Positions 12,301-23,026 of a stretch of DNA of 64,000 nucleotides are shown here, piece after piece. Position 1 is the stretch's first letter. Each line of letters opens with the position of its first letter. The stretch covers positions 20,646,001-20,710,000 of the forward strand of contig OZ241830.1 in NCBI GenBank assembly GCA_965202585.1, read 5' to 3'. Position numbers and translations under genes: made by a program. The notes beneath the pieces are model-generated. The model was not told the origin of the DNA. It searched no databases and saw only the letters and a program-made list of their open reading frames with translations. Source of the stretch: Thalia democratica (taxonomy: Eukaryota).

Positions 12301-13886
12301 TCAATTAGAAAATTATTTAAAGTTAAAAAAAAAGCAAATTTTACTTTTAATGATTTTAAAGATTTTTTGTCAGAAGACTTTAAAGTAAGAGAGTAACAAT
12401 AACTTTAATGGAAGTTTTTTTTATTACATACTTTAGATAAACTACAAATGTTTAGATAAGATCTTTATAAAATAGTAATTAGAGTTTATGTAAATTAAAC
12501 AAAACAAAATAAATTACAATTTTAAAACGTTTTAAAATATACAGGAAATATTTTGAAAACGATATACTAGTAAGTAGCAAAAGAAACACCACTATAATTT
12601 CCTCACCATATAAGTATCCTGGAAAAAATATAAACTTTGATGATCAATGCAAAACAATTTCTCCCCGTCATGTATATTATCCAAGGGTATGTTATTTTTT
12701 AACACTGTCTTAGTCTTAACTAATTTACAATTAGATTTGTTTCTAAAGCAGGTTTAGATATTATATAACTTAAATAATTAATATAAATTGAAAAACTACT
12801 TGTGCTTTTAACTTAATTGAACCTTACTGAAAAAAAAAATTAGTGCGCCTAAGCTAGTGGTGTATACTAACACATATATATACTTATTTAAGTCATTAAA
12901 TTTATTTAAATATTTTTCAAAAACTGTGCTTTTTAGTTATGAAAAATTTGTTTTAAAACTGTTTAACTTAAATTAGTAAATGTGTTTTTATAAAATTTAT
13001 ATACACAATGTAATACAACTTTATCTACGTCTAATTTTACCTTGCTATATTGTATGAAACAAAACAAAAATGTTTTAGGTAGTATATATATATATATATT
13101 TATTTAAAAAGTTGTCTAATTTTGTGAATCACAGGTAAACCAATGTTCGCATGTGGTGTGTGTTAAATCATCAAAGTTGTTTGTGTATTACAGAAATGGG
13201 TATGGAGTTGACTCAAAAATCTCCGATATTGATTTCATGGATGATGATACTTATGTGTTTGATGTTTTACAGGGAACTAAATGTGGAAAGAATGCGGTTT
13301 GTTTTTTTGTTAACTATCTTATTTGTAACAAGCCATAGATTTATGTAGCTTCTTGTCATAGATCTGCTTAGACAATACATGTAGAGACGTTTCAACAAAC
13401 GATGTTGTAAGAAGCTCAACCCCCGATGACTTTGTTGACTTTTCTGCAAAAATTACTTTAAATACTAACTTTAACGTGCCTTGTGAGACAAGATGCTTGA
13501 ACACTTGGCGTACCTTGAACAGTGAAGAGTTGTGTTCATCAGTGTAAGTGTGCTTGGTGTCTAAACTTTTTCAATGACAATAATAGATATTTTTGCATTA
13601 TTTGTTTTTCCCTGCTTTTTGAACCAAGTTAATTACTTGTCTTTAATAGAATTCAAATTTCGTTAACAATTTTTGCTACACTCATTTAAAATTAAAAACG
13701 TTTTAAAAAATACCTTAAAAGTTGCTCATTTTTCTGAGATACGATTTTAACAAATTAAACAAGAAACCTTACAGATAAAGTATATATTTAAATTATACTA
13801 AATAAAACAGAAAGAAATGTACATCTTTGGCGGGTGCTTGGATCCCATGTCATTTTGCATGTAGGAAAAAGTTAAAACAAAAATAA
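6370..13886 (+). CDS. Secreted ADAM/ADAMTS-like (M12B) zinc metalloprotease paralog 2, complete model of ~578 aa
   Basis: Exons 6370-6411, 6666-6815, 6979-7134, 7499-7589 (acceptor least certain), 8248-8420, 9395-9472, 9769-9982, 10570-10687, 11657-11809, 12545-12686, 13135-13296, 13362-13543, 13811-13886 sum to 1737 nt in one frame. Features: signal peptide MERVLIIFAAILLSLLTFG, prodomain CLYKG...LCP, furin site RRTKR, zinc motif HELGHIIGLHH split by an intron, Met-turn YVMD, Cys-rich YPGKNINFDDQC...QGTKCGKNAICLDNTC, 6-Cys tail. No TM or TSP1 repeat seen. Confidence 0.9.
11028..11319. mobile_element. hAT-type MITE (family H2)
   Basis: TIRs CAGCGATTCTTAACC / GGTTAAGAACCACTG. Internal sequence is similar to the copy at 45201-45514. 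Lies in the intron that splits the zinc motif of paralog 2. TSD not preserved. Confidence 0.75.
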
Positions 13887-14149
13887 TTTGTTTGCTTTCT
13901 ATGTTCTTAACGACCTTATCACTCAATAAACGTTTTTTATAGTTTATATATGTTTATATATAATTTCATAATTCATTTCGAACCTACAGCTGCTTATTAT
14001 AAACAACTATATTTTTTTACCATTCATGTGTTCTGTTATTTTTAAACAATAAGTTATTTAAAATCCCTTAAAGTGGACTCTGTGAAAGGTGATTTAGTTT
14101 AAAAAGTCTTGTATGTACATGTATATTTGTTAACAGAAACCTTTCGTAA

Positions 14150-14335
14150 GGGAACGGGTCAAATATGCATAAAGACACTTTTGCACGGAAGGTCACTTTT
14201 GCACGAAGAGTCATTTTTGCACGAGAGTAAAAAAGTGTATAAAATAAAAATAAATAAATAAATAACTAGTAAAAACAAAGTTACCGACCGAGGGTAAGGG
14301 TTAGGGGTAACAGTGATAGTAAAATTAAAAAAGTA
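14150..14335 (-). mobile_element. F1 MITE, one-ended fragment in reverse orientation
   Basis: Begins GGGAACGGGTCAAAT (reverse complement of the 5087 end), followed by TTGCACG units and CGAGGGTAAGGGTT. Confidence 0.75.
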
Positions 14336-16070
14336 CCTCTGTAAATAGTAAGCTACTATTTTTATGATTCATTGCTTTCCAATACTACTTAACAGAACTT
14401 ATAACATTAACAGTCAAAAACAAGTCAGTAAAAACTATTTATGATATTAGGAAAGTTACCAAAAAATTACTTTTTTTTTACAGAAACAGGAAAAACTCAG
14501 TAAAAACGAAGTTCACCTACGAAAAAAGTTAAAACGACAAAAAAAAACCTCTATAAACAGCTCTAAATATAAGTAAAGTGTGCAACATTTAGGTAAATGA
14601 CAAAATAAACTCATTTAATTAAAAACTTTTTATCTTCTAAGTTAAAAAATTATAAATATTTTGTATAACTAAATAAGCAGATTTACAATTTAAAATAAAA
14701 AATTATATTTATAAACAATCCTAAGACTATACATAAAGTAAAGCCGAAAGTTCCTTCTGAGAGACTAAAGAGAAGCCTTAGTCATGATCAAACTATCATT
14801 TTAAAATTAAAAGCTTAAAACTGAAAATATTATGGTTAAAAAAGTTAGAGATATCATTGTAAACCTACAGCTAAAAACATTACTGTAAACGTAAATATTA
14901 AACACGGACTAAAAGTTATATTTTTAAAAAAATTAAAGTCAAAAAACTAGCCTGACATACCTTTCATCCTTAAATTTTACAAAAGAACTTCAAACAAAAT
15001 TGAGTCAACCTGAGCATTTTAAAAACTATTTTAAGAGTGGCAACACTGCTTTAATTTTTAAGTTTACTTTTACCTTAATATTTCGTGTAACATTAAATTC
15101 ATAAAGTATTAAAAGAAAATTCATACTTAAAATTCATAAAATTCATGTTATATTTTTGAGACAAAAAATAGTGTTAAACAGTAAGTAAGAAAAATAATGT
15201 TACTGTTTTACAAATAAAAGTTGAAAAGGATGGTTTAAATTTATTTCACAATTAAAAGTAATCATTAATTTTACCTTAAGAAATAGATAAAAGCTTTTAA
15301 CTATAATTATTACTTGAATGCATTACTAAAAATTTTTTTTAGTCTCATATTAAATAAAGGTGTGCAAATAATATATTTTATTTACAATCGGATTTCGGTG
15401 CAAAAAATTGCGACCTATTCAAGTAAAAAATGCAAAACTAACATTTGGAGAAGTTTTATTAACTGATTTTAAGCAATATGATATAAAAAACTGCATTAGA
15501 ACTATTAAGAACGACATTTTCATCTGAAACCGTACCAAAGATTAAACATACAAGTGAATTATCAACCTTTATTTCAACATATTATATAATGGATAGAATT
15601 GAAAAGGTAATTTCTAGTATATTCGGAATCCTGAAACTTTACAGGATTCCTCTTCAGAGGTTTTATTTTTGTGGTCTGTTTTAAATTTTAAATTTTATTG
15701 AATATTTTTATAAAAATATAAACTAAATCTACATACTCAAACGCAATGTTAACGCTAGCTAGCCTAATAAAAACTGTCTTATAAAGCTTTACGGAATTGA
15801 AAAGGTAACTTCTAGTTTATTTTGAATCCTGAAACTTTACAGGATTCCTTTTCAGAGGTTCTATTTTGGTGACCTGTTTTGTTTTTAAATTTTATGCATA
15901 TCTTTTCTTTGAAATTATAATTTAAATCTACATACTTGAACGCAATATTAACACTAGCTAGCCTAGTAAAATGTATTATAAACTAGTAAATACTGTATTT
16001 GTAGCTTATTACTTATTGTTTAACAGTTTTTTTTTTTTAATGAATACTTTTTTTTTTTTTTTTTTTATTC

Positions 16071-16203
16071 AATAAGCTTAAAGTTCAAAATATATAGTTT
16101 TTTTACTAAAAAAATTAAAAATTATTTAATAAGTTGCAGGTAAATTTGGTAATAATCTTTTAAAAAGGGGTAAAAAATTAAAAAAAAAAATTAAGAACCG
16201 CTG
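16071..16203. mobile_element. hAT MITE family H2, one-ended fragment
   Basis: Ends TTAAGAACCGCTG and matches the terminal segments of 11028-11319 and 45201-45514. Confidence 0.6.
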
Positions 16204-16215
16204 ATTTTGAGTATC

Positions 16216-16732
16216 TGTTTTAGATTCAATGTGACAACTGCTTCAAATGGTTTCATGGTGTAGATCAGGGTTTCCCAAACTTTTTTGCTAATGGCCCCTT
16301 TTAAAGAGTTTGAAAAAGTTATGGCCCCCTTCAACATATAGATTACTCATAAACTACAATAAAATACACATTAGACCTTTTTTTTTTTTTTTTTTTGCTC
16401 TTCATCTGAAACTCAAGAATATCTAGTGTAAGTTTCTAAACTGCCATAAAATACACATAAACCTTTTTTTTTCTTTTTTTTTTGCTCTTCATCTGCAACT
16501 CAAGAATATCTAGTGTAAGTTTCAAGTTGTGGCCTCCTTTACTGCTCATGGCCCCCCCTCTTCCCCTTTGCTACTCATGGCCCCCTGAGTATCTGTCATG
16601 GCCCCCTAGGGGGCCACTTAGCCCACTTTGGGAAACCCTGGTGTAGATTGTTTGAATCTATCGGAAAATTTGTACAAGTTTTATAAATAAGAAGATAATT
16701 CTTATTATTGCACGTGTTGTGGATACATTTAA
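16216..16732 (+). pseudogene. Decayed PHD-finger coding fragment interrupted by a hAT MITE
   Basis: Removing 16266-16648 (MITE plus one TSD) gives IQCDNCFKWFHGVDCLNLSENLYKFYK*EDNSYYCTCCGYI*, matching the C-x2-C...WFH..C...C-x2-C part of a PHD finger, with an in-frame stop. Confidence 0.7.
16266..16640. mobile_element. hAT (Charlie-type) MITE, family H1, with perfect 8-bp TSD
   Basis: TIRs CAGGGTTTCCCAAA / TTTGGGAAACCCTG. TSD GTGTAGAT at 16258-16265 and 16641-16648. Internal ATGGCCCC repeats. Confidence 0.93.
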
Positions 16733-19535
16733 CAAATTAAACATGAGTTCAAGTACTAAAAAACTTTCAATTATACCTTTGTTTTTTTTTATTAATGTTT
16801 GTAAAACAGTCTTTTTCTTGTATAAAACCAAAAGTTAAGATGTTAAAACAATTGTTGAGTAGTTTTAATCTTGAATTATTTTAATTAAAAATCATTAAAG
16901 TTCTACCAAGTTTTTGTTATAATTTTTATTAGGCATTTTTACTAGATTTTATGCTACATTACATCAGTAATTTCTTGTGTGCACTTAATTTTCTCCTTAT
17001 TTTAACTGTGATCATCTTGCATCAGTAAAACACATGACTTTGAGAGCTTTCTCTTAAACGCTTGAATGAACAATGATTTTAAATCAAAACTTTCGATCAA
17101 ATTTAATAAGTAATCAAGTTTTAAATTATATCTTTGTTGTATAATTTAATAATATAAGTTTAAAATCAAAACAGATCACAAAAATAGAACCTCTGAAAAG
17201 GAATCCTATAAAGTTTCAGGATTCCAAATGGACTAGAAGTTACCTTTTCAATTCCGTAAAGCTTTATAAGACAGTTTTTACTAGGCTAGCTAGCGTTAAC
17301 ATTGCGTTAAAGAATGTAGATTTAAATTATAATTATATAGAAAAAAATTTCAATAAAATTTTAAAATAAAAAGATATCACAAAAATATAACCTCTGAAGA
17401 TGAATCCTGAAAAGTTTCAGGATTCCAATTGGACTAGAAGTTACTTTTTCAGTTCCGTAAAGCTATATAAGACAGTTTTTACTAGGTTAGCTAGCGTTAA
17501 CATTGCGTTCAAGTATGTAGATTTAAATTGAAACTGTAAAGTTTCAGGATTCCAAATGGACTAGAAGTTACCTTTTCAATTCCGTAAATCTTTATAACAT
17601 TTTTTTGAATATCCAAATATCGCAATGTTAAATATCACCGAAACTTCCTATCCATTGTTTTCACTTATACGGCAACATTATAAAACTTGATCCGAAACTT
17701 GTATTTTCTGTAGTCAGTGATTGTATGACTAGCTGCAGTGCTTGGTTTAAAGCTGAATCTTTCAATTACTGAAAATAACCATCCAAATAAAGGAGAACTA
17801 CTGATCACTTTAGATCATTTTGTAAAAAGAAAGGTGTTTATTTATTCTTTGTGTTCAAGAAACATGTACAATTCAGCTTTTCAACATATTAAAACTTAAA
17901 AACCAATTAATATCAACAAAAACTTCTCTAAAGTTAAACATGCTTGCAAACTAAACATAAAAAGCATCGATGTTATGATAAATTAATTTTAATATAAACA
18001 CCTATCCGGAGCATTTTTATTAAGTTTACTGACGTTGACCAAAAGTAAAATGTTAGATAAAACAATGTTTCTCCACTACATCTTTACAACGGAAGTAAAA
18101 TGAACCGAGAAGCGGAAAACCAGAGGTTTAAGCAAAAACCAAATAAGTATATTTTTAACTTTTAAACTGAAATCATAAAAACAAATGCTAAATATGCTTA
18201 TCTTCTACTTGAAACAGGTTCTCATTTGGAATGTGCCTTTGAAGAAATAGTAAAAAAGAAGACTAATTCGTTAAAGTGTGTAAAATTAATTTGTGTAAAT
18301 ATTTATACAACAATTTTTTCTTCATCTTGAGGTTAAATTTATTTTATTAATGTTTGCGTACCATTTTATTCACGCATAACAAAATATAAAAATAACAATA
18401 TAACTTCGTTGTTCAGCTTTATAATATTTGACGTCCTTAAAATAGTTTTGTAAAGGTCTACCTAATTAAAGGTTTTCATTAGTTTTATTATAACACATTT
18501 CTTTATAATAGTTCAGGCAAATATTTCTGATCATAAAAGTGTTATTTATTTAGTTCTACAATAGTTATTATAGCAACCAGTTATAGTTACGCATTTAGTG
18601 ATAGCACATGAGTTTTTGAGGATGAAAAACATCCGCAGGCTGCAGATGTGATTTTATTCTAAGATATGTGATATATCCGTTGTAAGCTTCCAACATGACT
18701 TAGACTTTACCTAAACACTTGTACAACTCTTCAATTCAACCCCTAAATATGTAAAGTATGCATAAAAATTTTGATTTGCGCGCTTAAGTGTCTTTCACGA
18801 ACCGCCCTTTTACCCTTAGCGGGTTGCAGTTTGATGATCCTTGATTTATACTAATCCTCTCGGCATTTACTTTTTCCGCCAATTTCTGCAATCAACAAAG
18901 AATTACAAAACAAATGAAAATTCCCGTTAGAATGTTGCAATTCGACCTAGAACCTTTGATTTTATAGAAGACTATAATCTTAACACTACGCATGTCTTAT
19001 GGTATCACCTTTTCCTTAAAAGATAGAATGCCTTGTAAAAATTTTACAAATCAAATGAAAAATTTCGCTGGTATGTCGCTAAAAGCTTTTTTCGTAATGA
19101 TTCATAACTAATTGATATTTATTAATTATACTTTTAGTAGTTTAATAACAGAAAGAAAGCTAATATCATATTGAAAACATAAGACTTTTAGATAAAGTTG
19201 TATATTGTTGTAAAAATAAAAAGCTACTTTAATATATTTTGATAATCTGATATTGAGTCATTTTTAACTTTTAACTTCCGTTTGATATTAACTTACCACA
19301 CAAACTTTAATCTAACTTCAACTTAAGTTTATTAACTGTATTTCAGAATTTTGTGCTAGAAAACATTTTATCAAACAGAATGCATTTTATTTTTAATAGG
19401 ATAATTTTAGAAACTTTTAATAAACTTTAACTATTTTAAATACTGATTTTCTACATTTCCAGATATAAAAAGTTTTGCATACTAAATGGACCTTAAATTA
19501 TCTAGTACTTGTTAGCAACTAACCTTTAAATTATT

Positions 19536-20071
19536 GGGTAGCTGTCGAATTTGCACAAGCGTACAAAATTGCACGAGGAAAAAAATTTGCATGAGGGCAC
19601 AAAATTGCACGAAGACACTTTTGCACGGGAAAACAATTAATTTTGCACTGAGACATTTTTACCAGGTTGAATTTTTTTTTTTTTTTTTACTTTCACTGTT
19701 ACCCTTAACCCTTACCCTCGGTCAGTAGCTTATCTTTTTTTTTCTTTATACTAACTCTGTTACCTCTAACCCTTACCCTCAGTCGGTAGCTTTTTTTTTC
19801 TTTTTAATAAATTTTTTTTTTGGTATTTTTTTTTTATATAAATTTTTATGAGTTATTTTTCTATTTTTATTTTTCTCTCACTTTTACCCCTAACACCTAA
19901 TCTCGGTCAATAGCTATTTTATTTTTCTTAATTTAGTTTTATTTAATTTTTTCTGTTTCACTCTCGTGAAAAAATTGTAACTCGTGAAAAATTGACCTTG
20001 GTGTAAAATTCTTTTTAGGCAGTTTTGTCCCTTCGTGCAAATTTGACTTTGTGTAATTTTGATCCGTTCCC
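19536..20071 (+). mobile_element. F1 foldback-like MITE, complete copy
   Basis: GGGTAGCTGTCGAATTTGCACAAGCGTAC ... GATCCGTTCCC, with the same arm/core layout as 4407-5087 and three AACCCTTACCCTC-like motifs. Confidence 0.8.
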
Positions 20072-20966
20072 AAATTATAAAATATAGACTTTCGGACTAA
20101 AAGTGGATTTTGCACACAACAACAATCATCGCAAATTTGGTGAGCAAAGTTACTATTATGGCAATAAGAGTATAATCAAAATTGCTTGAGCTTGAAGTTT
20201 TAAGTAAAAGTTAGCAAACTTTTGTTTAGTATTTAGATTTAGTTATCAATTCAGGTTATACTGCTAGCGAGTAAATCTATTTTTAATAAACTTTTATAAA
20301 AAATATTTTATTCAACAAACTTTTCAGCATTGTACTTTATGTTTTACATTAACAACAGTTTGTAAATTAGCATCTAACAAACTAGAAAGTATATTTCTTA
20401 ATAGACTAACTGATGATTTTTGATCGTTTTTTATTAATTTTTCAAATTATACCTAAAATAATGACAAAAAACAGTTAGATAGAAAGCTTAAATAGTATTA
20501 ACTTTTATTTTTTTACAATCTAGTGTTAAGAAGCTCCAGTAGAAGCATTTTAATTTTAATAGCTTTAATTTGTTTGTTTTTCATTATTATGATGAATAAA
20601 ACAATTATACGATCAGCTTAAGATTTGAAGTAAGTTATTCGAAGTATTTTTATTGTAAACTAGTTTTACTGTTAATAAAGTGTATTTAAACAATTATATT
20701 TTGCTAGACTTTAGATAGTTAACTACTTGAAATTCTTGCAACTGTTATAGATAATTTGTTTTTGTTTTATTTTTGTATTTTTAATATGTTGACTTTGACA
20801 GTTTAGTTTTTATTATTTTATTTTTAGCTTTATTATATACAATTTTGTCAACAAGTCACTCAATATAGTTCAAGTATTAGAAACAAATAATAAATTATCT
20901 AAGAAAAAATAAAATTAAAACTATTGTAGTTTTTTTACACTTTAAAGCTTTTTATATCCTATATAC

Positions 20967-21324
20967 CAGGGTTTCCAAAAGTGGGCGGTACTGCCCCTCT
21001 CGTGCGATTTCAATTGTTCCGGGGTATTAACTAGTAAAGGGGGTGAAGGGGAGAGCGTTTTAAAAATTTTGGCCAGTCTTAAAATTTTGAAACTCACACT
21101 AGATATTCTTGAGTTGGAGATGAAGAGCAAAAAAAAAAGGTCTTAAGTGTTTTTATTAGCAATTTTGAAACTTACAATTAATATTTTTAAGTTGCAGATG
21201 AAGAGCAAAAAAAAAAGTCCTAGATGTTTTTTAATGACAGTTTTTTAAGTGGTCATGTTGGAGGGGGCCATAGCCTTTTTTTTTCTTTAAAAGGGGGCCA
21301 TTTGAAAAAAGTTTGGGAAACCTG
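20967..21324. mobile_element. hAT MITE family H1, older copy inverted relative to 16266
   Basis: CAGGGTTTCCAAAAGTGGG ... GTTTGGGAAACCTG. Internal AGATGAAGAGCAAAAAA blocks are reverse complements of those in 16266-16640. TSD degenerate. Confidence 0.8.
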
Positions 21325-22479
21325 CTAAAAATTATTGCACCGAGTTGGTATACGTCATGCTATTAGAACTGTATCTCATTTTTTTTATTTGTCTAAAAAA
21401 AAATTTCATTGTAGGAATATGTACAAACAAAATAAACTTAAGAGCTTTATATTTATAAACTATATTATTAAACTGTAAAATAACCTGTTCAATAATTACA
21501 CTTACTGAATATCACTTTGAGGTCAGTATAAGTTTTTTTTTAATTGTAAATATTTGAGTTCAATACTTAACTATAATCTTAATAAATCACTCCATTGATA
21601 ACAAAAAAGTTTGCTTTTATCCATTTTTGTCTTTAAAATATAAACGAACTTTTATTACAAAAGGTTATATATTTTAATGTTATTGTAAATTATCAAAAAA
21701 AAGTCATAGTCTAAACATTAAATAAAATATCTTTAACACATTAATTAGGGAATCGGTTTTTAGTAAAAATTCAAAAACGATCATATAATTTACTTTATTT
21801 CTAAATAAAAGTGTTTATTACTGCTATTTTGAGACTGAATTTACAAAAAAAAGTTTTGAACTAACAAATTATTTCTTTGAATAGAACATTTAGTACATTA
21901 AAAAGTTTTGAAATTCGTTTTTTTTTTTAATTTTCTTATGCTTTTTATATATTTTGTTTAAATATATTAGGTAGAATTTTTCATACTTATTATAATTTGA
22001 AACTCATTTTAAACTAAAACTTACATAATTTAAATTTGTAAAGAGTTACATATTAGGAAATTTTTTAAGTTAAAAATGCAAGCTTAAACAGCAGTGCAAA
22101 CTCAATATTTGAAAATTTAACTGACTGTGCGAACTCAACTGGCTATATACAGCATTTGGAAAAAATAAGTATAAACAAAAAATTGCAAGCAATTTTTATA
22201 TCAGCTAAATAACAATATTGGAATTTGTACTTTTAGTTGCAATAATTGTTCTTTTACTATTATGTTATAAAGAAGTTAACTTCAAAAAACTGAAAGTTTA
22301 TAAGAATAGCACTAAAAAATATTTTTTTATTTGATGCTAAATAACTTACGAAATTAAAGACAGTCAAAATTAGCTGTTGGGCGTTACTTATCGTTTAAAA
22401 ATATATACGGTAAATTATTCTATAAAAGTGATAAGAGGGATAAAAAAGCTGAACAATTTTAACAGCTATTGTCCTAGCC

Positions 22480-22760
22480 TTTAACCCTTACTTCCGGTCG
22501 TTTTTAATTAAGTTATTATTTATTTTTTATTTTTTACTTTATTCCGGTTTTTATATTTCTATTTTCTCTTAATTGTTTTTTTTATGACTGTTACCCCAAC
22601 CCATATCTTCAGTTGCTATTTTTTTTCCTTTTTTTATTAATTTTTTCTTTTTTATTTCATTATCTTACTTTTTTATTTCTATTTTCTCTTTATTATAATG
22701 ACGTGCAAAAAAGACTCTTCGTGCAAAAGTGACCCCTCGTGCAAAAGTTACTCTCCAAGT
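22480..22760 (+). mobile_element. F1 MITE internal fragment
   Basis: AACCCTTAC-like core motifs followed by CGTGCAAAA units at 22700-22750; termini not recognisable. Confidence 0.55.
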
Positions 22761-23026
22761 AGTATAATATTTATACATATTTATTAAAATAAGTATGTAT
22801 AACTTAAGTAGTTATCTTACGTTTAGCTAAAAGTCATTCAAAATAAAAACATGAATAAAAGTGTGATTAAAACTAAATGTAAGGATTTTTTAAATGTCAC
22901 AAAAACAGAATCTGCGGCCCAAGATAATTTTGAAGCTAAAAACAAATTGGGCCGCGAACACCAACTGCCTGCCAACCACAATAACTGCCTTAAACAAGGA
23001 CTAGAGCTTTTATAATTTAGCAAAAA

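Larger units (their letters stand above)
15588..17657. mobile_element. Foldback-like DNA element: inverted arrays of a ~198-bp unit flanking a decayed PHD finger
   Basis: About 2 units at 15596-15975 (GGAATTGAAAAGGTAA...GAATCCTGAAACTTTACAGGATTCC...AACGCAATGTTAACGCTAGCTAGCC) and ~2.3 units in the opposite orientation at 17165-17597. Outer ends AATGGATAG / CTATCCATTG. Interrupts the calpain pseudogene. Confidence 0.75.
15411..18270 (+). pseudogene. Intronless calpain-like pseudogene, split by an insertion and internally deleted
   Basis: Colinear blocks match the ORF at 26457-25000. NAKLTFGEVLLTDFKQYDIKNC (15.43-15.49 kb) matches AKLTFENVSLTDFEQGSIGNC. Also ETVPKIKHT and YFNILYNG. After the insertion: CFHLYGNIIKLDPKLVFSVVSDCMTS, LSITENNHPNKGELLITLDHFVKRK...SLCSRNMY, QRFKQKPNKYIF, TGSHLECAFEEI. 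Several stops and frameshifts; the catalytic-His segment is missing. Confidence 0.88.
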
